Translations under genes and position numbers: made by a program
Part shown: piece after piece, positions 8,046 through 16,038 of the stretch
Layout of the letters: each line of letters begins with the position of its first letter
Numbering within the stretch: the stretch's first letter is position 1
Assembly (NCBI GenBank): GCA_944388385.1
Contig: CALXIO010000004.1
Location: 20,226-84,225 of the forward strand
Direction: 5' to 3'
Length of the DNA stretch: 64,000 bases
DNA from: an uncultured Ruminiclostridium sp.
GTDB lineage: Bacteria > Bacillota > Clostridia > Oscillospirales > Ruminococcaceae
Notes under the pieces: model-generated
Database searches by the model: none
What the model saw: only the letters and a program-made list of their open reading frames with translations
Told to the model about the DNA's origin: nothing

Positions 8046-10430
8046 TTATGCCAATGTAATATTGCACTTTTTACCGTTAAGGGTAGCTGATACTACCTTA
8101 GCATTTCCTAAGGCGAAATTTGCCGCAGGCTTGTTGGTTACTTCTCCGCCGGGAGCAATATATCCGTTATATGTGCTATTGATAATAATTTGATTTCCTT
8201 CTGATCCAGCGAAATCACCGTTCCAGCCATTAGCAAAATTTATATTCTCAGAAAAAGTAATAACAAGCTCCCAGGATTCTATAGCACTTGAAGTATCATT
8301 TACTATATTAAATGAATATGTACCTTCCCTATTATCCTGGTTCCATATATTTTCTCCGGAAATAGTTACACTCAGTTCTGTTATCACAGGCTTAGGTGCC
8401 GTGGTTGTGGTGGTTGTAGGTTTTGGGGTAGTAGTTGTGGTGGTAGGTTTTCTTGTGGTGGTTGTTGTGGGTCTTGGGGTTGTTGTAGTGGTAGTAGGTT
8501 TTCTTGTTGTAGTTGTTGTGGGTTTGGGAGTTGTTGTAGTGGTAGTGGGTTTTCTTGCTGTAGTTGTTGTGGGTCTTGGAGTTGTGGTAGTTGTTGTGGG
8601 ACGGGGTGAATTTGTGGTTGTGGTGGTGGGTTTTTTAGTGGTAGTGGTGGTTGAAGGCTTACTTTCCTCATCTGATGATGAGGGCTTATTTTCTTCGGTG
8701 GCTTCGGTTTCTTCAGGCTTTGAATCAGCTGTGTCAGTCTCCTCGTCGGTTTCATCCCCCGGCTCAGATGAATCTGTGCTTTCAGGCTGGGATGATCCTT
8801 CCCCGGTTTCCTCTGTGCTGTTTGCAGGAGGTACTATTATATTGTCACCGCCTGTGGTAGCATCTGCCGGAGTTGTTTCGACGGTGGTGGTAGTAGAAGC
8901 AGAGGAATTTTTGCTATCTGTTTTTGAGGTATCAACATCCACCTTATCTCTGCCTGTATAGGCAAGGCAAAGACAGATAAAGAAAATACCGATACATGAA
9001 AGTCCGCCGAAGAACCAAAAAAGGAACTTTTTCTTTTTCTTCTGCTTTTCGGGATCTTCCTCGTCAACCTGTACCGGAACCTCCGGCTCAGGCTCTTCCT
9101 TCTTGGGCTGAGGTCTGTGGGTAGCATAATAAAGCCTTGCCTCTGCCGCTGTTCTGGGTCTGTCTATCTGAGAAACCTCTGTTCTTTCATCGGGATTGAA
9201 TACAGTATCATCAAACAGCTTAGAGCCGGATGCCGCAGAAATGCCTGCCGCCGCTGTGCCTGCCGCTACAAAATTATCAAAGTCATCATTATTTGCCGCA
9301 GGCTTAGGCTCCTCAGTCTTTTTAGGCTGTGGGGGATGTGTGGCATAGTAAAGCCTTGCCTCTGCCGCAGTTCTTGGTCTGTCTATCTGAGAAACATCTG
9401 TTCTTTCATCGGGATTAAATACAGTATCATCAAACAGCTTAGAGCCGGATGCCGCCGCAACATCCTCTTTTTCGGATGCAAAAGTATCAGCAGACTGTGA
9501 TGCCATGAAATTATCAAAATCATCATTCTTAGCGGTATATGAGGGGGTAAACTGTTCAGTCTTGGGAGCTTCCGTTTTGGGAGGCTCTGTAACTGCTGCC
9601 CCGGCTGCCGCCGCTATGAAATTATCAAAGTCGTCATTATTGGCTGTGGGTAATGGCTCATCTGCCGGCTTTTCTTCCTGTGCCGCTTCGGCTGTTGCCA
9701 TTACATAATCATCAAAGGTAGCATAATCATCAGCGGAGGGTGTTTCATCCACCATAGAAGCAACAGCCGCAGCTGCAGCTACAGCCTCATCGGATGTACT
9801 ATCCTCTGTATTTGCCTTATCATCACCCTTATAATGCTCATGATTATCCGGGTCTTCCTCGGGAACATAGCCGTAGTATTCAATAGCCTCTCTTAAAATG
9901 GCCTCGTGGCGCTGTCTTTCAAGCTCCTCTGCCATTTCGGGAGTAACTCCCGGCTGCATATCCTCTACTATGGGTAAGGGCTCATCCTTTACAGGTGCAG
10001 ATGCTGAGGGACTGTCATCAATATCACTGTCAAATAAGAGAAGATCATCCATTGTCTTTGCAGATGCAACTTCCGCAGGAACAGGCTCACTGCCTGCTGA
10101 CAGATCATCATCCATACCTGCAGACAGATCGTCCTCGGTATCATAGATAACATCCTCGATATTAGCCGCTATCATATCAGCATCATAGTCGGCTGTTCTG
10201 GAGCTCATAAGTCCTGCAGATACAGTAACCGCATTACTAAAGCCGTCATCAGCAGGTCTTATTTCATCATCGTCCAGGTTTTCAAGGTCAATATCTCCGT
10301 TAAGATCACTAAGACCGTAACCCTCACGGCTCATTCTGAGGAGACTTGCCTCAAATTCATCACCCGGTGTAACGGGGCTGAAATCATCATTCATCCCGAA
10401 TACATTACCCTTTTTATTATTATTAGCCAA
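8046..10430 (-). CDS. Single-pass membrane protein: acidic repeat-rich cytoplasmic region, TM helix, Pro/Thr linker, C-terminal CBM2-like domain
   Basis: TTG start with GGGGA upstream. The TM helix FLFWFFGGLSCIGIFFICLCLAY (about 8958-9026) is preceded by KQKKKKK. PT repeats span 8385-8660. The last 112 aa (8049-8384) show CBM2-like spacing (SWELVITF, GWNGDF, NGYIAPGG, LNGKKC). Confidence 0.75.
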   Translation of the reverse strand: MANNNKKGNVFGMNDDFSPVTPGDEFEASLLRMSREGYGLSDLNGDIDLENLDDDEIRPADDGFSNAVTVSAGLMSSRTADYDADMIAANIEDVIYDTEDDLSAGMDDDLSAGSEPVPAEVASAKTMDDLLLFDSDIDDSPSASAPVKDEPLPIVEDMQPGVTPEMAEELERQRHEAILREAIEYYGYVPEEDPDNHEHYKGDDKANTEDSTSDEAVAAAAAVASMVDETPSADDYATFDDYVMATAEAAQEEKPADEPLPTANNDDFDNFIAAAAGAAVTEPPKTEAPKTEQFTPSYTAKNDDFDNFMASQSADTFASEKEDVAAASGSKLFDDTVFNPDERTDVSQIDRPRTAAEARLYYATHPPQPKKTEEPKPAANNDDFDNFVAAGTAAAGISAASGSKLFDDTVFNPDERTEVSQIDRPRTAAEARLYYATHRPQPKKEEPEPEVPVQVDEEDPEKQKKKKKFLFWFFGGLSCIGIFFICLCLAYTGRDKVDVDTSKTDSKNSSASTTTTVETTPADATTGGDNIIVPPANSTEETGEGSSQPESTDSSEPGDETDEETDTADSKPEETEATEENKPSSSDEESKPSTTTTTKKPTTTTTNSPRPTTTTTTPRPTTTTARKPTTTTTTPKPTTTTTRKPTTTTTTPRPTTTTTRKPTTTTTTPKPTTTTTTAPKPVITELSVTISGENIWNQDNREGTYSFNIVNDTSSAIESWELVITFSENINFANGWNGDFAGSEGNQIIINSTYNGYIAPGGEVTNKPAANFALGNAKVVSATLNGKKCNITLA
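8385..8660 (-). repeat. Coding low-complexity repeat: about nine units of T5-6 followed by (K/R)P, PRP or PKP
   Basis: Read directly from the translation (KPTTTTTTPKPTTTTTRKPTTTTTTPRP...). The 33-36 nt DNA periodicity is visible on the plus strand as GGTTGTGGTGGT-type units. Confidence 0.9.
9099..9530 (-). repeat. 219-nt (73-aa) tandem duplication inside the cytoplasmic region
   Basis: The cores 9099-9230 and 9318-9449 both encode SGSKLFDDTVFNPDERT(E/D)VSQIDRPRTAAEARLYYATH(R/P)PQPKK with only a few nucleotide differences. Each is preceded by an NDDFDNF motif. Confidence 0.9.
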
Positions 10431-10746
10431 AACAAAATTCCCCTTTGTAATTTGCTTTAAGCGAAATGTAATTTATATGTAGCTGGAAAGTTAAATAAAA
10501 ACAATATCACTTAGTGTAAATTGTAACATATTTAGAGTTGATTTTCAACATATTACTGATACTTTTTGTTATATATGTACAAAATTTTTCCTTGTTTTGT
10601 GCAATTCAACTACTTGTAATCCGTTACATTTAAGTAATAAGTTTGTCCGGGGAAAATATAAAAATAATATTGCATTTTTTTGAGAATAGTGTTATACTAA
10701 AAGTGGACTAAATTTATGCACTTTTGCAATGAAAGGATAGATCAAA

Positions 10747-11571
10747 ATGAGTGAATGTTCACACAACTGCGGAAGCTGTTCTCAGAACTGCTCCGAAAGA
10801 ACACAGCCCCAGAGCTTTCTCGAAAAGCCCCATGAGCTGTCAAACATTAAAAAGGTTATCGGTGTTGTAAGCGGTAAGGGTGGCGTAGGTAAATCTATGG
10901 TTACTTCCCTGCTTTCTGTTATCATGCAGAGAAAGGGTTATAAGACCGCTATACTTGACGCTGATATTACTGGTCCCTCTATACCCAAGGCCTTTGGCTT
11001 AAAGCAGAAGGCTACCGGTGATGATACAGGCATATTCCCTGTAAAGACAAATACCGGCATTGAGGTTATGTCACTTAATCTTTTATTACCTGACGAAACC
11101 GACCCGGTTATCTGGAGAGGTCCTGTTATAGCAAACACAGTAAAGCAGTTCTGGACTGATGTTATCTGGAATGATGTTGACTTTATGTTTGTTGATATGC
11201 CTCCCGGAACAGGCGATGTTCCCCTTACGGTATTTCAGTCACTTCCCATTGACGGTATTGTTGTGGTAACCTCTCCCCAGGAGCTGGTTTCAATGATAGT
11301 AGGCAAGGCTGTAAAAATGGCTGAAATGATGGATGTTCCTGTGCTTGGTATAGTAGAGAATATGTCCTACTTTGAATGTCCCGATTGCGGCGGCAAGCAC
11401 AGTATATTCGGTGAAAGTCATATTGAGGATGTGGCAAAGAAATTTACCATTGATACTATTTCCAAAATGCCTATCAATCCCAAATTATCCGCCGGCTGTG
11501 ACAAGGGTCTTATTGAGCTCTTTGACGGAGATTGGCTTGATAATATGGCTGAAAAAATCGAAAAGCTTTAA
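10747..11571 (+). CDS. mrp: Mrp/NBP35 (ApbC) family Fe-S cluster carrier ATPase
   Basis: Deviant Walker A GKGGVGKS, conserved CPDCGGKH motif, Cys-rich N-terminus CSHNCGSCSQNC. Confidence 0.9.
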   Translation: MSECSHNCGSCSQNCSERTQPQSFLEKPHELSNIKKVIGVVSGKGGVGKSMVTSLLSVIMQRKGYKTAILDADITGPSIPKAFGLKQKATGDDTGIFPVKTNTGIEVMSLNLLLPDETDPVIWRGPVIANTVKQFWTDVIWNDVDFMFVDMPPGTGDVPLTVFQSLPIDGIVVVTSPQELVSMIVGKAVKMAEMMDVPVLGIVENMSYFECPDCGGKHSIFGESHIEDVAKKFTIDTISKMPINPKLSAGCDKGLIELFDGDWLDNMAEKIEKL

Positions 11572-11579
11572 TAAAAACT

Positions 11580-11604
11580 ACCGCAGGCTATCCTGCGGTT
11601 TTTA
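11580..11604 (+). terminator. Rho-independent terminator of mrp
   Basis: ACCGCAGG - CTAT - CCTGCGGT followed by TTTT. Confidence 0.75.
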
Positions 11605-11612
11605 ATGAAAGG

Positions 11613-11645
11613 ATTGTCACCTTATTTTTAATCAGAAGTGACAAT
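11613..11645. promoter_or_regulatory. Inverted repeat upstream of birA (candidate BirA operator)
   Basis: ATTGTCAC - 17 nt - GTGACAAT, ending 8 nt before ATG 11654. The geometry resembles the TGT-AAC-N15-GTT-ACA type BirA sites of Firmicutes. Confidence 0.4.
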
Positions 11646-11653
11646 AGTGTATT

Positions 11654-12643
11654 ATGAAGGTTAAAGAACAGGTTCTTTTAATACTTGAAACAAACAAGGG
11701 AAAATATGTATCCGGTGAGGATATTGCAAAAGAGCTTTATGTAAGCCGTAATGCGGTATGGAAGGCTATAAATGCCCTGCGTAAGGACGGCTTTATAATA
11801 GATGCGGTTACAAATAAGGGGTATATGCTTGGTAAAGAGGCGGATGGCTTTACTGCCCTGAGAGTATCCTCCATGCTTAATAAAACCTGTCAGGATTGCG
11901 AAATAATTTTCTATGATACCATAACCTCCACAAACACCGTACTTAAGGAAATGGCGGAAAAGGGAGCAAAGGAAGGTACTATTCTTATAGCAGATACCCA
12001 GACAGAGGGCAGAGGCAGACGGGGACGAAGCTTCTTCTCCCCTGCCGGTACCGGTATATATATGTCGATTTTGCTTCGTCCGGGCTTTACCACCGATAAG
12101 GCCTCCCTTATTACGGTGCTTGCCGCTGTGTCGGTGGTAAGAGCAATAAAGGAAACAACAGACCTTCCTGTTAAAATCAAGTGGGTAAATGATATAATGC
12201 TTAATGATACTAAGATATGCGGTATTTTAACAGAGGCGGCGGCAGATATTGAGAATGGCCATTTACAATATGCGGTGGTGGGTATCGGTATAAATATTTC
12301 CATGCCTGAGGGGGGATTTCCCTATTATATAAATGATATTGCATCGGTTCTTTTTAATGATGAGGTTGTAATAAATGATGTAAGATGTTCGGTCAGTGCA
12401 AGGGTTATAAACAATTTCTTTGAGCTATACCATAATCTTAACGAAGCAAGGCTTATAAAGGAATATAAGGATAATTCCTGTATTTTGGGAAAAGAGGTAA
12501 GAGTATTTACCGGGGATGAAAGCTATATAGCTACTGCCCTTGATATAGATGAAAATGCCCACCTTATAGTAAAGGACAAAAATGACAGGATTTTAACTCT
12601 TACCTCCTCTGAGGTCAGCATAAGGAAAGGAGATCTGAATTGA
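11654..12643 (+). CDS. birA: Bifunctional biotin-[acetyl-CoA-carboxylase] ligase / biotin operon repressor
   Basis: N-terminal wHTH (GEDIAKELYVSRNAVWKAINALRKDG), catalytic GRGRRGR glycine-rich motif, KWVND motif. Confidence 0.92.
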   Translation: MKVKEQVLLILETNKGKYVSGEDIAKELYVSRNAVWKAINALRKDGFIIDAVTNKGYMLGKEADGFTALRVSSMLNKTCQDCEIIFYDTITSTNTVLKEMAEKGAKEGTILIADTQTEGRGRRGRSFFSPAGTGIYMSILLRPGFTTDKASLITVLAAVSVVRAIKETTDLPVKIKWVNDIMLNDTKICGILTEAAADIENGHLQYAVVGIGINISMPEGGFPYYINDIASVLFNDEVVINDVRCSVSARVINNFFELYHNLNEARLIKEYKDNSCILGKEVRVFTGDESYIATALDIDENAHLIVKDKNDRILTLTSSEVSIRKGDLN

Positions 12644-15183
12644 AAAGACTTGCAGTTTCAATAATGGCACACGTAGATGCAGGTAAGACCACCCTTTCTG
12701 AGGCTATGCTTTATCACACCGGGGATATAAGAAAGCAAGGCAGAGTAGATAACAAGGATACCCTTCTTGACAATAATCAGATAGAGCGAAGCAGAGGTAT
12801 TACAGTATTTTCAAAGCAGGCGATTTTGCATAATAACAATGATTTAATTACCCTTCTTGATACCCCGGGGCATACGGATTTTTCCGGGGAAACCGAAAGA
12901 GCCTTACAGGTAGCTGACTATGCGGTTTTACTTATCAGCGGTACAAGTGGAATACAAAACCATACCCATACATTATGGCAGTTATTAAAAAGCTACCGTG
13001 TGCCCACCTTTATTTTTGTAAATAAAATGGATATAAGCGAATTTTCAACAGAGGATTTAATGTCAAGGCTTTGCCTTAGCCTTGATGAAAGGTGTGTTTA
13101 TTTTGACAATGCCTGTGATGTTACTGAAAATGAGCTTGCGGACAATGTCGCGGTATGTGATGAGGGGCTTATGAATGAGTACCTTGAAAAGGGTAATATT
13201 TCCCCCTCAAATATTGCAAGGGCTATTAAGGAAAGGCATCTTTTCCCCTGCTTTTTCGGGTCGGCGCTTAAAAACAAGGGTATTGAGAATTTGCTGAAGG
13301 CTCTTGATATATACACCACAGAGCCTGTATATAATGAGGAATTTTCCGCTACGGTGTTTAAGATAACCGAGGACGAGCACGAAAACCGCCTTACCCATTT
13401 AAAGGTGACAGGTGGTACACTTAAAGTTAAAAGCAGTATAAAAACCGCTGATGACTGTGAAGAAAAGGTAAATGCCATAAGGATATATTCCGGGGGTAAG
13501 TTTATTACCGCCTCTGAGGTTCCCTGCGGTACTGTGTGCTGTGTTACCGGCCTTGAAAAAACCTACAGCGGACAGGGACTTGGATATTCTGCGGACTCTC
13601 CCCTGCCGGTACTGGAGCCGTTATTTTCCTACAAGGTGGAATTGCCCCCTGATATGGACGCTGTAAAGGGTCTTGCCATGATGAAGAAATTGGAGCAGGA
13701 GGACCCTCTTTTACAGGTTGTGTGGAATGAGCAGTTAAAGGAAATCCACATAAGGCTTATGGGGGAAATTCAGCTTGAAATACTGAAAAGCGAGGCTGAA
13801 AAACGCTTCGGGGTTAAGATAGATTTCGGCAAGGGCAGTATTGCTTACCGTGAAACAATAGCCTCCCCTGTTATCGGCATAGGACACTATGAGCCGTTAC
13901 GACATTATGCAGAGGTACAGCTTTTGCTTGAGCCGGGGGCTGAGGGCAGCGGGCTGAGATTTTATTCCGAATGTAGCGAGGATAAACTGGACAGAAACTG
14001 GCAAAGACTTATTCTTACCCACCTTGCAGAAAAGACCCACGTGGGGGTGCTTACAGGCTCACCCATAACGGATATGAAAATTTTCCTTATAGCAGGTCGT
14101 TCCCACCTTAAGCATACCGAAGGGGGAGATTTCAGACAGGCGGTTTACAGGGCGGTAAGACAGGGTCTTATGAAGGCGGAAAGCGTTCTTTTAGAGCCAT
14201 GGTACAGCTTTAATCTTGCATTACCCTCTGACTGTGTGGGAAAGGCTATGAATGATCTTTCTCTTATGAAGGCGGAGTTTTCACAGCCAGTTAATGAGGG
14301 GGATGAATATATAATCACCGGCACAGCCCCGGCATCGGGAATGACGGGATATTTATCCCAGGTTACCGCCTATACAAGGGGTAAGGGCAGGCTTATATGT
14401 ATTCCCGACGGATATAAGCCCTGTCTTAATAGTGAAGAGGTAATAGCAAGCTTTAATTACGACCCGGAGGCGGATATTGAAAATACCCCGGATTCTATCT
14501 TCTGTTCCCATGGGGCAGGCTTTAATGTAAAGTGGGATGAGGTGGATAACTACGCCCATATTTCCCTTCAGAAGGAAAAGGATGAGGAGCCGGAAATTAA
14601 AACAGTACAGCAAAGAAGAATTGACGCTTCAGATGAAGAGCTGATGGCAATTTTTGAACGTACCTACGGCAAGATAAAAAGAGATCAGCATTATGCCATG
14701 AGAAAAATCCCGGAGAAAAAGCAGGAAAATAAAACAAGGGCGGCTAAAATTCCCTCCGGGCCTGAATATCTGCTGGTGGACGGGTATAATATAATTTTTG
14801 CCTGGGATGAGCTTAAAAAGGCGGCGGCGGAAAATCTTGACTTTGCAAGAAATAAGCTGATTAACATTCTCTGTAACTATCAGGGCTTTAAGCGAAATGA
14901 GGTTATAGTGGTATTTGATGCCTATAAGGTTAAAGGAAATAAGGGTGAAGCGGAAAGACAGGGCGGCATCACCATTGTATATACAAAGGAAGCAGAAACT
15001 GCGGATATGTATATAGAAAAGGCCACCCGTACCCTTGGCAAAAAGCACAGAGTAAGAGTGGCTACATCAGATTCACTTGAACAGCTTATTATACTGGGAG
15101 GCGGTGCCATAAGGGTTTCCGCAAATGAATTTAAGGCTGAGGTTTTGGATATAGAAAAGCAGATAAAGGAATATTTAAGCTGA
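12640..15183 (+). CDS. EF-G/TetM-like translational GTPase fused to a C-terminal Rae1/YacP-type NYN ribonuclease domain
   Basis: G1 AHVDAGKTT, G3 DTPGH, G4 NKMD, and collinear with five-domain TetM/EF-G to about residue 640. Residues 709-847 (nt 14764-15183) have LLVDGYNIIFAW, VIVVFDAY, TKEAETADMYIEK, VATSDSLEQ and GAIRVSANEF, matching B. subtilis Rae1/YacP motif for motif. The TTG start overlaps the birA stop by 4 nt. Confidence 0.85.
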   Translation: MKRLAVSIMAHVDAGKTTLSEAMLYHTGDIRKQGRVDNKDTLLDNNQIERSRGITVFSKQAILHNNNDLITLLDTPGHTDFSGETERALQVADYAVLLISGTSGIQNHTHTLWQLLKSYRVPTFIFVNKMDISEFSTEDLMSRLCLSLDERCVYFDNACDVTENELADNVAVCDEGLMNEYLEKGNISPSNIARAIKERHLFPCFFGSALKNKGIENLLKALDIYTTEPVYNEEFSATVFKITEDEHENRLTHLKVTGGTLKVKSSIKTADDCEEKVNAIRIYSGGKFITASEVPCGTVCCVTGLEKTYSGQGLGYSADSPLPVLEPLFSYKVELPPDMDAVKGLAMMKKLEQEDPLLQVVWNEQLKEIHIRLMGEIQLEILKSEAEKRFGVKIDFGKGSIAYRETIASPVIGIGHYEPLRHYAEVQLLLEPGAEGSGLRFYSECSEDKLDRNWQRLILTHLAEKTHVGVLTGSPITDMKIFLIAGRSHLKHTEGGDFRQAVYRAVRQGLMKAESVLLEPWYSFNLALPSDCVGKAMNDLSLMKAEFSQPVNEGDEYIITGTAPASGMTGYLSQVTAYTRGKGRLICIPDGYKPCLNSEEVIASFNYDPEADIENTPDSIFCSHGAGFNVKWDEVDNYAHISLQKEKDEEPEIKTVQQRRIDASDEELMAIFERTYGKIKRDQHYAMRKIPEKKQENKTRAAKIPSGPEYLLVDGYNIIFAWDELKKAAAENLDFARNKLINILCNYQGFKRNEVIVVFDAYKVKGNKGEAERQGGITIVYTKEAETADMYIEKATRTLGKKHRVRVATSDSLEQLIILGGGAIRVSANEFKAEVLDIEKQIKEYLS

Positions 15184-15296
15184 AAAATGCCGCCTATTTT
15201 CCTCGTAACTGAGGTCAATAGACGGCGGGTAGAAATATTCATAGTTTTGGTGTATAATAGGAAATTAAGAGAAAGACAAATTTGAATTTTACGCTG

Positions 15297-15767
15297 ATGG
15301 AGGTTTTGAATAAAGTGGATATTACATACAAAAAATTAACAGAAAAGGAATTAGATACATTTATCAAAATGAGAATCAATCAGCTTAGAGAAGAAGGTGC
15401 TACAGAAGATATTGATTTAGTTCCTAATCTAAAAGACTACTATAAAAGACATATGGCAGATGGAACCTTTGTCTCATGGCTTGCAATGGATGGGGATAAG
15501 ATTATAGGAACAAGTGGAATGTCATTTGTTGAGAAAGCACCATATTTTGGATGTCCTTCTGGAAGAATAGGTTTGCTTTCCAGTATGTTTACTAATCCAG
15601 ATTATAGGAGAAAAGGCATAGCGAAGGAGTTACTTTCAAGAGTAATAAATGAAGCTAAGGAATTTGGCTGTGGTACTGTTCAAATTACAGCATCAGATAT
15701 GGGTGTTAAGTTATATACAGATTTTGGTTTTAAGCATAATGACAACTTTATGTATTATAAGTTATAG
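15297..15767 (+). CDS. GNAT-family N-acetyltransferase
   Basis: Acetyl-CoA binding motif region (RRKGIAKELLSRVINEAKEFG). I prefer ATG 15297 over the track start TTG 15282. The gene is noticeably AT-richer than its neighbours. Confidence 0.8.
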   Translation: MEVLNKVDITYKKLTEKELDTFIKMRINQLREEGATEDIDLVPNLKDYYKRHMADGTFVSWLAMDGDKIIGTSGMSFVEKAPYFGCPSGRIGLLSSMFTNPDYRRKGIAKELLSRVINEAKEFGCGTVQITASDMGVKLYTDFGFKHNDNFMYYKL

Positions 15768-15835
15768 TGGTAAACTGAAATTATATCTTTGCAAGTAAGG
15801 CAACTTCCAGTTTGTTGAACTACGCATAAAGCAAT

Positions 15836-15866
15836 GACCGCTTACATTGTGTAAGCGGTCTTTTGC
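15836..15866 (+). terminator. Rho-independent terminator of the GNAT gene
   Basis: GACCGCTTAC - loop - GTAAGCGGTC followed by TTTT. Confidence 0.75.
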
Positions 15867-15921
15867 CGTATGCAAAATTATCCGCACACAGTCTGTTTTT
15901 TCCTCTCCGCTGAAACCTTCA

Positions 15922-15959
15922 GAAAAATACAAAAGCCGCCGAAACAATCTTCCGGCGGC
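15922..15959 (-). terminator. Rho-independent terminator of tRNA-Arg
   Basis: On the minus strand, GCCGCCG - 11-nt loop - CGGCGGC followed by TTTTGTATTTTT. Confidence 0.7.
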
Positions 15960-15963
15960 ATTC

Positions 15964-16038
15964 TGGCACCCCCTGCGGGAATCGAACCCACAACTAACCC
16001 TTAGGAGGGGTTTATTATATCCATTTAACTAAGGAGGC
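15964..16038 (-). tRNA. tRNA-Arg (anticodon CCU)
   Basis: Hand-folded cloverleaf: acceptor GCCUCCU / AGGGGGU (two G-U pairs), D loop with GG, anticodon stem AACCC / GGGUU with loop CUCCUAA, T arm GUGGG-UUCGAUU-CCCGC, encoded CCA. Confidence 0.85.

Noticed and set aside
8385-8660. Regularly spaced 33-36-nt repeats that could superficially suggest a CRISPR array.
   Set aside because: The units are contiguous with no unique spacers. They lie in frame inside a long ORF and encode the T-rich linker. No cas genes are present.
8384-8961. Two long ORFs overlapping the Pro/Thr-linker region: 8401-8961 (+), with poly-Val/Gly, and 8384-8755 (-), rich in Pro and Gln.
   Set aside because: They are alternative-frame and antisense readings of the same low-complexity repeat DNA. 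Only the frame that continues into the TM helix and the CBM2-like domain gives a coherent protein.
12640-14560. Calling the GTPase a TetM/TetO-type tetracycline ribosomal protection protein.
   Set aside because: The similarity is only at the general EF-G/TetM family level. The gene sits in a core housekeeping context coupled to birA, with no mobile-element hallmarks, and carries an extra NYN domain. A resistance call is not supportable from sequence alone.
15189-15228. A long imperfect hairpin after the GTPase-NYN gene, considered as its terminator.
   Set aside because: The T-run is on the opposite (minus) strand only. On the plus strand the stem is followed by GTAGAAATA. I keep it only as a possible boundary element in the GNAT finding.
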